A DNA stretch of 64,000 bases, taken from Zygnema circumcarinatum SAG 698-1b (Eukaryota; Plantae; Zygnematophyceae). Position numbers and translations under genes: made by a program. Below are positions 44,812 through 55,207 of this stretch, one piece after another. The stretch lies in contig CM074815.1 in NCBI GenBank assembly GCA_037447605.1, positions 1,860,001 to 1,924,000 on the forward strand, read 5' to 3'. How positions within the stretch are numbered: the stretch's first letter is position 1; every line of letters begins with the position of its first letter. The notes beneath the pieces are model-generated. The model saw only the letters and a list, made by a program, of their open reading frames with translations. It did not search any database and was not told the origin of the DNA.

Positions 44812-44950
44812 CTAAACCCTAAAATCTACCCCCTACACCCAAACCTTACTCCCACGCCCTAAACGCATCCGCCCAAACCTTCAACCAAAAACTGTAGGCC
44901 TTAAAACACCCAAACCCTCAACCCTAAACCCTGAATCCTAAATCCTAGTC
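44812..44950 (+). repeat. Degenerate plant telomere-like (CCCTAAA)n
   Basis: CCTAAACCCTAAA at 44812, CCCTAAAC at 44857 and CAAACCCTCAACCCTAAACCCTGAATCCTAAATCCTAG at 44911. Confidence 0.55.
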
Positions 44951-45028
44951 CTATTCTAAACAATAAAAAATCTGAAGCCAATAAAAAAATGCCACGTCAT
45001 CAAATGATGTAATGTCATTACGTAATGT

Positions 45029-45860
45029 GGTTGTGGTTGTTGCGTTGAGGTTGTGGTCGTTCGATTGATGCGCAGGGTGTGCATCTTCTTCGGTGTGTAC
45101 GCGGTGGCGAGCGCATTTTGGCCCACAATGTTGTCCGTGATGCTATTGCCGCCGTGGCTCAGGAGGCGGGTTACCTTGTGCAGCGCGAGCCGACCCATGT
45201 TATACCACCTCGGCCGACTTCAACGGGCGAGCGCAATGTGCGGCCCGACCTTGCTCTTTTGGACGGCGCGCGACGTATTTTTGGGGACGTCGTATTGGCT
45301 GATCCGACTCGCCGTGCTTTGTTATCCCGTGCCGCACACCACGAGGGCGTCGCTGCCCGCGAAGCGGCCCTTCGTAAGGAGCGCGCGTATGCTCACCGCG
45401 ACTCGGCCGATGAGTTTGTTCCATTGGCGGTCGAAATTTTTGGCTGCCTTGATGCTCGGTTGGAAGTCTTCCTTCGCCAGTGCGCCCATCGCTCCTTCGA
45501 GATGCACGGCCCCGGAAGCCCTCCCCCAGCGATCCTTACAACTTTTTATCGACAACGCATTTCCGTCGCCTTACAGCGGTGTCTTGCTTCCACGATCCTT
45601 CGACGTGCCGCAGTTGTTGGGACCCGTCCCGGTGGTCTTCCGCCCCTTCCCGCGCGTACTGCGCCCCACATTGGCGACCTTCGCGGCTGCTTCTAGTGCC
45701 GTGTTGTTGCGCCTAGAAGTTGATTTCCGTTTCAAGGCTTTCTCTTTGTCCTTATGTCCGTTGTGACCGCTTCTTTTGGTTCCTTATGTCGATTTTCTCC
45801 ATGTACATTTGATGGCCTTGCCATCGTGAGTTCAATCAAACATCATTTTCTCTTTTTTTC
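45029..45860 (+). mobile_element. 5'-truncated non-LTR retrotransposon with a restriction-like endonuclease (CRE-like clade)
   Basis: R*GCGRSIDAQGVHLLRCVRGGERILAHNVVRD (CCHC knuckle with the first Cys mutated to TGA), RPDLALLD...GDVVLADP...RKERAY (PD-(D/E)xK), FVPLAVEIFG and FYRQRISVALQR. Flanked by a 9-bp direct repeat ACGTAATGT (45020-45028, 45861-45869); ends in a T/C-rich tail. Confidence 0.88.
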
Positions 45861-46149
45861 ACGTAATGTAATTACGTGGCATGCCGTTATTGGTCCTTGC
45901 CTAGCCTTGTAAAAGCAACACGGCCTTGCCCCTCCATCATGACGGCAGTCCGACAAAAATTTCTTCTCCAGAAGTGCACTTTCAATCGTGGCCGTCCGCC
46001 AGTCCCGTCTGCGACACGTGGCGCACATCGGCCCCTTCACTGCTGCTGCTAATAACATTAATTTTGAGCCGTGTTGTTGTTGGGGGGGCTGGCAGCAAAG
46101 GGCCGCTCATGGCTTGGGTCTCTTTGTGACCGCGGCTGGCTCGTCGTGG

Positions 46150-46290
46150 TCTCCATGTTGCTGTCGGCCATGCACCATGGCCATGTGATGACATGCATGG
46201 CCATGATGGGATACATGGCCATGCATGAAACCCATGCCCATGGCCATGTGATGGCATGCATGGCTATGGATGAGACCCATGCTGCCATGC
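46150..46290. repeat. CATG-dense degenerate pentamer tract
   Basis: (CATGG/CATGC)-derived repeats; similar tracts at about 25600-25745 and 60390-60460. Confidence 0.75.
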
Positions 46291-46561
46291 ACAGTCTGTC
46301 TCTCTTACCATAACCAAACCCCTTAGGACTTTTGGAGCTCGAAACGGTTGGGGACATTCTGCAGGGCCGGAGCTTGTCCGGCCACGCTTGACCGCCCGCC
46401 AATCGCTGCCGCTCTTCCCACATGCGAAGCGCCGCACGGCGACACACCCTGCGGGGTACGCGGACACGCGGACACGCTTCCCTTTCCGCCGCCGGCTAAT
46501 CCCAGGGACCCCTCACACGTGCGAGCCTCCCCGCCGCAGAATCCGATCCTCCGCGCCCCAG

Positions 46562-46807
46562 AGTTCGGAGGGCTCCAAATTTCTGCAGTGCGCGCACTGG
46601 CTCGCGTTCAGTTCGCCTCAGTGAGCCCAAAGTTCGCGCACTCGCTCGCATTCAGTTCGTCTCGATGCGCCCAGTGCGCCCAAAGTTCGATCCAAGTTCC
46701 CCTGTTCCATGCTTTCCCGGCGCGCAAGCCCCGCGTCAGTTCGTGCATAGTTCGGTAAAAGTTCGCTCGTGACGCGCTCGCACGCCTTCCTGCACGCACA
46801 AAGTTCG
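46562..46807 (+). promoter_or_regulatory. Cluster of nine same-strand AGTTCG hexamers upstream of the PP2C gene
   Basis: AGTTCG at 46562, 46610, 46631, 46654, 46684, 46738, 46749, 46760 and 46802. The regulatory role is inferred from position only. Confidence 0.5.
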
Positions 46808-46913
46808 TCCCCTTCCAAGTACAAGCGCATAAGTCACTGCAGGAGCTCCAGTTACTTCGTTGCTTTCTTTTGCTGCTCGGGCTGCTCCTGCAACGGCTGG
46901 AAGAGGGGAGGCC

Positions 46914-49900
46914 ATGGATCCAATGGCAGCTCTGGCACATGCAGCAGCGCCCGCCTTCCCCTCGCAGACCTCCTCTGTCGGCCATGGTCACCACACTCGC
47001 GCGGAGCCACGGCGTCCAGTTGTCATGGAGCAGCGCAGGTTGCACGACGGGCTTCCTCTGAGCTCTAACCCTAACTTGGATGCGCAGCGACCCTTATCTC
47101 TCGGCTCGTCAGCTTCTGTCTGGAGTAGAAGCGGCGGTGCTGTTGGAAAGGGAGTCTGTGGGAAATGGCGGCTGGCGGTCAGTGCAGAAGCCACTGGTTC
47201 CCTCGTTGAAAGCGCTCCAGCGGCGCAGGGAAGACCTGGAGCAGTGTCTGTTGCAAAGAGTCCATCTGATTTGACTCTTGTTGACCCTCAAGAGGAGCAG
47301 GTCAAGAAGTCTGGAGCATGGTGAGGGGCTGCTGAAACCCTAGTGTGTAGTAGTTTTGATAGTTTGACTTTCTTCTTATATATTCTTATGGTGAATATCA
47401 AACGTTTGGTCATTTTTCCTTTTTAGTTTTCGTATGGTTCTAGCATTAAAGCTATGCTGATAGAGGAACGGATGGATCTGAATTCTTTATCTGTTCTTTG
47501 CCATTCGTGCTGTAGGTTTGCTTCATTCTGAAGCGTTTTTATCTGCAGAATTTGATCACATTGCTTGAAAAAACTGAAATGGGCTGGGGGAGAAGGGAAA
47601 CTGGAATGGGTTGAGTTATTTACGGCAGGCAAGCTTTAAAGAGGGTGCTGGTTCTGTTAAAAACCATATACGTCTCGTGCCTGTCCCCTTTTTTTGTTTC
47701 TGTTGTTTTCGTATTTTTGAGTCTGCAGCCATGCTTGTGATGGATAAAAAGCTGATGCTCAAAGACAAGGACGCAGTAGCTCAAGTCCATCCGGAATGCA
47801 CGAATTTTAAGTTCTGTAGAATTTCATTAAAGTTCAATTATGGAAGCCGTCAGTTCTTGATGAGTGTTGGTTTACTTTTGGACTTGAATGGACTTTTTGG
47901 CCTTCTATTTGTCAATTACGCTTACCATGACTGAACTTTGTGGATGTGGAACAGGACGGAATTCTCATTGGTGGCAGCTGCCAAAGTCATTCCCCATCCG
48001 GAAAAGGTGAGGTCTTAAAGTGAGCTTCTTGTGAAGTTCTGTTCAAATCAATGGAGCGCTATGAAGCCGAGTTAGTTCCGCAGAGGAGAGGCAAGAGGCA
48101 AGAGGAGATATATGACAGGAGTGGAAAGCTTCTTTGTTGTTTGTTTACAGGCAATTGGCTTTCAGTCGTTAGGATTGGGGAATTAAACCTTCTTCATTTT
48201 CACAGAGATTAATGGATTTCAGAAGTATGTAGGAGGTAGATACAGTGTCTCTCTTCAAATAACAGTAAATTGCAGACTTTTAAACGAACCTGTTGTCCAA
48301 TAGTAAGATGAGCTCTGATACTGTGAAGCTATTGAGTATTAGATGAACTTAGCAATCTACTCTGTGAACCGTGTACTGACAGGAATATGTGACCTTTATA
48401 TTATACAATGCTGTTTGAATGGCTGTGCAATGTGGAATGAATGTCAACAGAAGTTTGCTAATTTCTGCAATAGAACTCGCCATGGTGAAAAGTGCCAGTA
48501 ACGTTTGTCGCTGCGTTCAATGCATACAGGTCGAGAAGGGTGGAGAAGATGCCTTCTTTTTCCGAACTGATGGATATCCCGCGGTGCTATGCGTTGCAGA
48601 TGGGGTCGGCGGGTGAGAAAGGCTCTTTCATTTGCTCTTCCCCCTTTCATTCATTACTTTTTTGTACATGTCAATGAAAGGTCGCTCTTTCGTTTTAGTA
48701 ATCTGTGTCAGTTGTTGATTTGACACCTCTGACTTGGTGATTCATCAGATGGGCCAATGACGGAGTCGACCCCTCGCTTTACTCACGGGAGTTCGTGAAG
48801 CACACCCAGGAGGCTGTAGAAGTTTCTAAGGTAGTTATTATCTCCCTCTCACTTTCGTTCAACTGATCTATACTAATCGATAGCGAGATAGGGCCCTTTT
48901 CTGGAGGAGCCCTGCATCTTGTTAAAAACGAATGACCAGCCTTTAATGACCAGTAAAAAAATGTATGAAGAGGCTCATGTATTAGGGGCCTTTATCTCTT
49001 GGGTGAGGGCGTGCAGGAAGCAGTCTCAAATCCACGAAGGCTTCTTGAAATTGCACACGAGAAGACTGAGTCACCTGGAGCGACCACTGCGTAAGGGCCT
49101 TCCTCGTTCATTATATTCACGAGGCAGTTGTTGAATGCTTGATAGGTGCCAGCATTCTGCTCTTATGGGATTCTGATTTGTCAGTTGTTATTTCTGGTGT
49201 GTGCTGTCAGCGTTATGGCTGTTCTTTCAGGGCAACGGAAGCTGAGTGTTGCAAACCTGGGAGACAGCGGCCTTCGAGTTGTAAGAAAAGGTACGATTGG
49301 CACGGTGAATGCTAAATAAATTTAGAAATTGGCATATTGTTGGGAGTATGGGTGATGTTCAGAACTAGAAGGGTCTATCCGCACAGGTGGCCCTTAACGA
49401 AGGAAATGCTGATTAGGGCGGTTGTTTAGTGATCCATTGTGCGTCTAGATTGCATTTCGGTAAAGAGTAAACTATGGTTAAGAGATGGAGGACATGGAAT
49501 GGCAAAGCAAAAGGAAAGCCCTTCGTTTCGAAATCCCTACTTTTCCAGGTTCAATACTCAAGTCACATAGACCTTTTTCGGCTGGTACAGGTCAAGTGAT
49601 CTTTGGGACACCTCCTCACCAGCACTACTTTGACTGCCCGTTTCAATTTGGATCGGAGAGTCCCGACACTGCCGACGATGCGCAGGTCAGAGGCCTTTTT
49701 TTGTTTTTGGCTTACAGGGGACAAAGGGATGAAAATAATGCTCCTCATGAGCTTTTCCTCTTATGTTCTGTCGGTCTTGATGAACTTGCAATGAGTTGAT
49801 TGTGCACCTTACAGATACCGCATTCGTTCACATACGGTGTGCATGAGATGAAAGGATGGTACCGCATTTAAAGGAATGATAATGGTATATTTTGTGGGAC

Positions 49901-52165
49901 TGCAACTGCATTCTTAATCTCCTTTCGCGTTCAACAAATTGGTTGTACTTTTGAATTTCATGAAAATTAAAGAGCAGTGCGAGGAATTACCTGTCTTCTA
50001 ACACTATAGCCGCTTTTCAAAAGGATAATGATTAGGATAGTAAGAAAATATCCTATTTGGGAGAGGTAACATGTAAGTTTGCCTCGTATGCAATAAGGAA
50101 TGGAGCCATGCTATTTTTGGTTTCAGTTTTCCAGAATACTGAGGAGGCAACCTCAGAGTCTAAATACACTTGCAAGAGTGTCGATTCTGTTTTCTCATGC
50201 TTCCTAAAGCAAACAATTTCTTGACATGCACGACTCTACTCTGGAAGTTGATGACACGTCAAGCTTGTCAATTATCCGTTTCTGACTGACAAGACGGAGG
50301 ATTGTTGCAATTTCAGGTGTTTGAAGTGAAGTTGGAGGAAGGAGACACCATAGTGGTTGCCTCTGATGGCCTTTTCGATAACGTGTACGACAGAGATATT
50401 GGAGCCGTAGTCAGTGTGTTTGGTGGTAATGACGTCACCACTGCGGAACACACAGGTAATGACTCCGTCAACTTGAATTTTTTTGTGTCTCATTTTTTTT
50501 TTTTGTGAAGGCATGTGCTTCAGCATCCTAGGTTTGACCTATGGAAACCCAAATTTCTGCTTTCTGAGGGAGCGAGGGAGATGGGGGCAAGGAAAGGCAA
50601 TAGGGAGAAGCACGAAAGACTAGTTCAGTGGAAGTGAGAGAGGGACATACACCTTGACTGCATAGAGGGAGTGTTGAACTCTTTTCAAGTCCGTACGTAC
50701 ACGTATCCGTTATCTGTATAATTTGTCTTTCTTCCAGTATTAGCACACATCGTATTTCCGTGTCATTCTTTAGGTGACATGGTTCAACCTTGTAATGTGC
50801 TCAACGTGCTAGTTTAGGGAGTCGCTTCTCAGAGCGGAGGGTTGCCAACTTAGTGGTGAATTAGGTCTACCGTCTCCCTGCTGTTCACAAGGATTTTGGC
50901 ATGTGGTGGTGGTTGGGTATTTCTATTGTGAAATTGTGTGCTATGCTTTTGAGTTTGACTATTCCGTTTCTCTCTCCTTAACTGTAATATCTGTGCGTTG
51001 TGTTGATCTGTTGCAGCGGCAGCACTTGCAGCCCTTGCCTCAAAGCATGCGGGTGACCGTACGTACGACTCTCCATATAGCCAAGAAGCCATTGCGCAGG
51101 TGTGATGCTAAGCGGAGCAGCCTAATCCACACCTTAAACATGGTGGAAAGCACGTTGGCTTTTATGTCGATCGGGTCTGAATAATCTGTATTTCAGTTTT
51201 GAACTTTTAGGCAATTCGAGTTACGCTGTTGTTTTGAGACCACCGCTATAACTACTGCTTGTCATTAATGACACGTAGTGGAAACGAGACATGTACTCCC
51301 ATTGCATATGCTTACGATTTTGTATCTTTGGTCTTGGTTCTTCTAGCAGGGGCAGGATTTACCCTTCTGGCAAAAGATGCTTGGCAGGAAGCTTACAGGT
51401 ACAGTTTCTAGCACCCTTCCATGATTTCTGTCCACCCTTTCTGATGTTTTCCCTTTGTTTGCTTTCCAATGTACCTCTCCAAATCTTCTAGTTCATCTAT
51501 TCACCATCTTCTTGTTTTCTCTTCCCAATCTGCCCTCGCTTGCTCTCAGCCACCTTTTTTTTGCCTACCTCTCTTGCTGTCTTCTCTCCCTGCCATTTTC
51601 CAGTGTCCAGTCGAATTCAGTCAGTTTGTATTGCACAAATGCTTTTCTTTCTGTTTGTTGTTTTTGCCGTGCCCCCTCCCAGTATTTCCCCACTCCCTCT
51701 CCCACCCTCCTTCCCTTTATCTCTCCCATCCCCTTCCCTCCCCCTCGTTCCCTCCCCTTCCCCTCTCCTACTCTCTCTTCCCTATCCCTCCCTTCCCTCC
51801 CCACTCTCATAAACGCAAACTAGCTGACTGGACGGCAGCTGTAGCCTTCAGTGAATAAACGCTTCAGTGAAACCCAGTTACGGAGTCCAGACTCAACTAA
51901 GTGTTTTCTTCTTTCGTTTCCACTATAAGCTTCCATTTCCTGGAGTTACTTGAATCATTGAGTTCTCATACTGCATCATATAGCTCGCTGCTCCTTCAAT
52001 CTTGGGCGTTATTAAGTGCCTTACAATGGCCATCCAAATTCATGCGTAGCAGGTGGGAAGTTGGACGACATCACGGTGGTGGTGGCACACGTAGTCTGGT
52101 CGCCACACCCGTCCAGCGGTGAAAGCTGGCGGAGTTCCGCCACAGAAGCAAACGGAGCAGCTTGA
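46914..52165 (+). CDS. PBCP: PP2C (PTC7/SpoIIE type), probable orthologue of photosystem II core phosphatase
   Basis: Transit-like N-terminus, IPHPEK|VEKGGEDAFF, VADGVGG|W, VDPSLYSRE, ANLGDSG, QHYFDCPFQF, SDGLFDNV, DSPYSQEA and GQDLPFWQKMLGRKLT|GGKLDDITVVV. The LPxW.K..G.KLTGGKLDD tail matches PBCP as I recall it. Confidence 0.88.
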
Positions 52166-54216
52166 ATAAGGCAAAATCAAACGGCTCATAGGCGGAGAGG
52201 GGTCAGGCTGCTGCAAGTATGCTTTTCAGTCTTATGGCTCTACTTTAGACGATTCACACATGGCATGTCTTAAAGTCCGACCATAGCGTCGGAAGAAATT
52301 AGAAAAAGCGAGATGGGCTATGTTTCCTGTGCTATGTAAATATGGGGAGAAGGAGCAGTAGAAGGAGGTGGTGCTTAGTAGTGCTGGAGGGCAGACCCCC
52401 CACAGGGCATGGGGGGGTTGACCTGCAGAAGTGAAGAGGAACCAGAGCAGGACGGGGTGCCCTGTGGGATGCCGTCGTCTTCATAATTATCGCTCCACGA
52501 GCTGAAAAATACTCGCTGTGCTGATCGGTGGTCGCAACCATCAAAAAGAGCTCAAACCCGTGTCTACTTGCTGCGTGTCGATGTGTTTCAAGCTTGTAGA
52601 GGCGACATTCTTGTTGTTATGCGAAGCCTTTGCTTGCCTAGTTCCACGTGAAAAGAGAACCAAAAGGGACTCCGACATGCGCGTTGGCATGCATTCGTGA
52701 TTGGACAGAGACTATTGACTGAATTTGAAAGTGATGAATGACTAAATGAAAACTACCACGGCGAATGATGACCAAGAAAGTATTTAGTAAAATACTCGCG
52801 GCCATTCCTACTTCCCTGACCTTCAAACAGCCGTACGCATCAAGGCCGAATCCTGGCCGTCCGTTACTTTTGATCGTAGGGTCGGTCGACGAAGAGACCT
52901 GGTGGCACACCGCACATCTTATGTGGCGCCAGTTGGTGACGATGACGTCATCTGACAGTTTCATCTGTCACTCGTACAGAATGCCAGCTGCTCTCCCGGC
53001 CGGTCTCGTTTGTCGTATGGGGGAGGAGCCATGAGGCTGTAAGCCCTGACCGCCGGAGCAGCAAGTTTCGCCGGCGACTCGGCTGCCGACGAACCCTTGG
53101 CCGGTAGACCGTACATTTTATTTTATTGAAAGCAATAGCTAGCAAAAGGAAGGGAGGATTCGTTACTGTACTAATTCTCTGTTAAGGGAGCAATCCAGAG
53201 CCGGCACGTTCTGTCGGTGAAATTCGATACGTCGGCGATGACGATATGTATGAAACCTCCCGCAAACGACAAGCGTGTCCGCCCTGTCAGCCATCTTCGT
53301 ACCATTCGTACGAGCGCTATCGACACCTTTCTGTCGGTGGCTCCTGATTGGCTGGAATATATAACTGCCGCCTGCAATGTGAAAGTAGCGCTCTCCAGGT
53401 GCCGCTATTGAAGTCCTTTTTTTTCATTTCATTTAGCTAAAGGACGATTTAGGATTTCGTTTTTTACAGGGGCCCGAATGGCGGGGGGACTGCCGATTGG
53501 CGGAAAAATCCAAAAGTATATTGGATGGACTTGAAACCTACTTTGTAGAGTACCGCCAAAAACTCGGTTTTCAGTTTTTCCGTTGGGGTACGGCCCGGCC
53601 AGCCCCACCGACCTGCTCGCTAGCCGACGTAAACCATTGACCGCCGGTTCAGTCGGTTGTCAAGTGCAGCGGGACTGGAGGCCACCGACATTGGTACAGT
53701 TTCAGTACGGTGCAGTAAAAAGTCGCGACCGAAACTGTACGAACAACTAGTTGCGGTCTGGCATGTTCACAGAAGTCGCAGCGCTGTCACCACCTTCAAC
53801 GGACAAATCGGCCGAATCCAATCATTTGACGACCTGCCCGGAAACGAAAACACGGGCAGATGGAATCGTTTTGAACCGTCGATCTACCGACGATCGTCAC
53901 GTGGTTGATTAATGTAAGTTGGATGGGTAGACGGACGGCCAATCGGTTTCGAGTGCTGCTTGGGTCAGGTCACGCTTTGGTGGAAGGTTTCAACTTTCCT
54001 TTTTAAACCGACTTGTACTTGCCACCAAGTTAATTTTTCCCTGAACTTGGAAGTCTTGTGCTGCCGCACTCTTTCCCAACGCTCCCACATCCAATCAAAC
54101 GCCTTCCTCCAGTCTGCCCGGCCAAAATATTGCCCTATTTCCTTTCCTACTTCTGCCCAACATGCCGGTCTCTTTCCCAAAACATTTCCCCCTGCCCGTC
54201 GCTTCCCTTAAAAGCA

Positions 54217-54825
54217 CGTACGAACCAAAGTCGATCCCAACTGCCCAATCCGTCGTCCGTACTATGTTGGGTAAGCCGTCCGTACGGCCCCTTCGGCTCG
54301 CGCAACTGCGACTTGTCCCCACTCAGTCCCCACTTCAAAATTTCCCCGCGACACGCGCCACGTGTCGCGCCCTCCTTTCCTTCGTACAGCCAAAAGTTTG
54401 TCCGTACACGTCCGCCGGGCCAAAAGAAACGCCAGAAACGGGCCCACTCTAAACGACAGAAGACAGATCCGTGCGTCACGTTGGTCTTTTGTCCTTACGT
54501 GCGGTTCTGTCTCGCGCGGTTCGCGGTCTGCCCGCCACGTGGTCCCCCACCCGCCGGCCCATAAACTCTGCCGCCGGCTGCGCGCGCGGCCGCGGTGTGC
54601 AGCGCCACGTGGCGCGCGGCCCGCTGTACGACCGTCAAGTGGCCGTACAGCGCTACTGGTTTTGTCGTTTCTGGTGGCGTCGACCGAAGTCGTTCCCTCG
54701 GCTGGCCGCGTGGCCGTCCGTCCGTACGGTTATTCGTACATTAACCACGTCCGTACATAGACATTGATCACCACCCGTACCATAATTGTACAATGACCGT
54801 ACAATTGACCTCCCCGTTCGTACAA
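54217..54825. promoter_or_regulatory. Cluster of GTAC/CGTAC cores (SBP-box/CuRE type) with G-boxes, upstream of the kinase
   Basis: 14 GTAC in about 610 bp, 13 of them as CGTAC on one strand or the other, including TTCGTACAA at 54817. CACGTG G-boxes near 54360, 54537 and 54606. Confidence 0.6.
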
Positions 54826-54889
54826 TCTGCCGCCGCCATCTCGAGGGGTGACGGCGGGCCTCCGTCAGAGCGCGGGAACCACTCAGAGA

Positions 54890-55135
54890 TGGAGAGGGAG
54901 AGGGAGAGGGAGGGAGGGCGCGAGCGAGAGGGAGAGGGATAGGGATAGGGATAGGGAGAGGGAGAGGGAAAGGGAGAGGGGGAGGGAGAGAGCGAGAGGG
55001 AGAAGGAGAGAAGGGAGAGAGAGGGGGGAAGAGAGAGAGGAAGAGGGAGAGGGAGACGGAAAGGGAGGAGAGTGCGAGGAGAGGGAGAGAGAGGGAGAGG
55101 GAACGGGAGAGGGAGAGAGCGAGAGGGAGAGGGAG
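54890..55135. repeat. GA-rich low-complexity tract in the kinase 5' region
   Basis: (GAGAGG)n, (GATAGG)n and (GA)n seen directly. Confidence 0.9.
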
Positions 55136-55207
55136 AACCCTATTTCCATGGTGGCCTGGTAGGGCTCTGGCCGAGTCCCCCCCTCCCTCCCTCCCTCCCT
55201 CGCTGCC

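Noticed and set aside
52765-53034. KVFSKILA resembling a LINE RT motif
   Set aside because: An eight-residue match with no flanking RT motifs.
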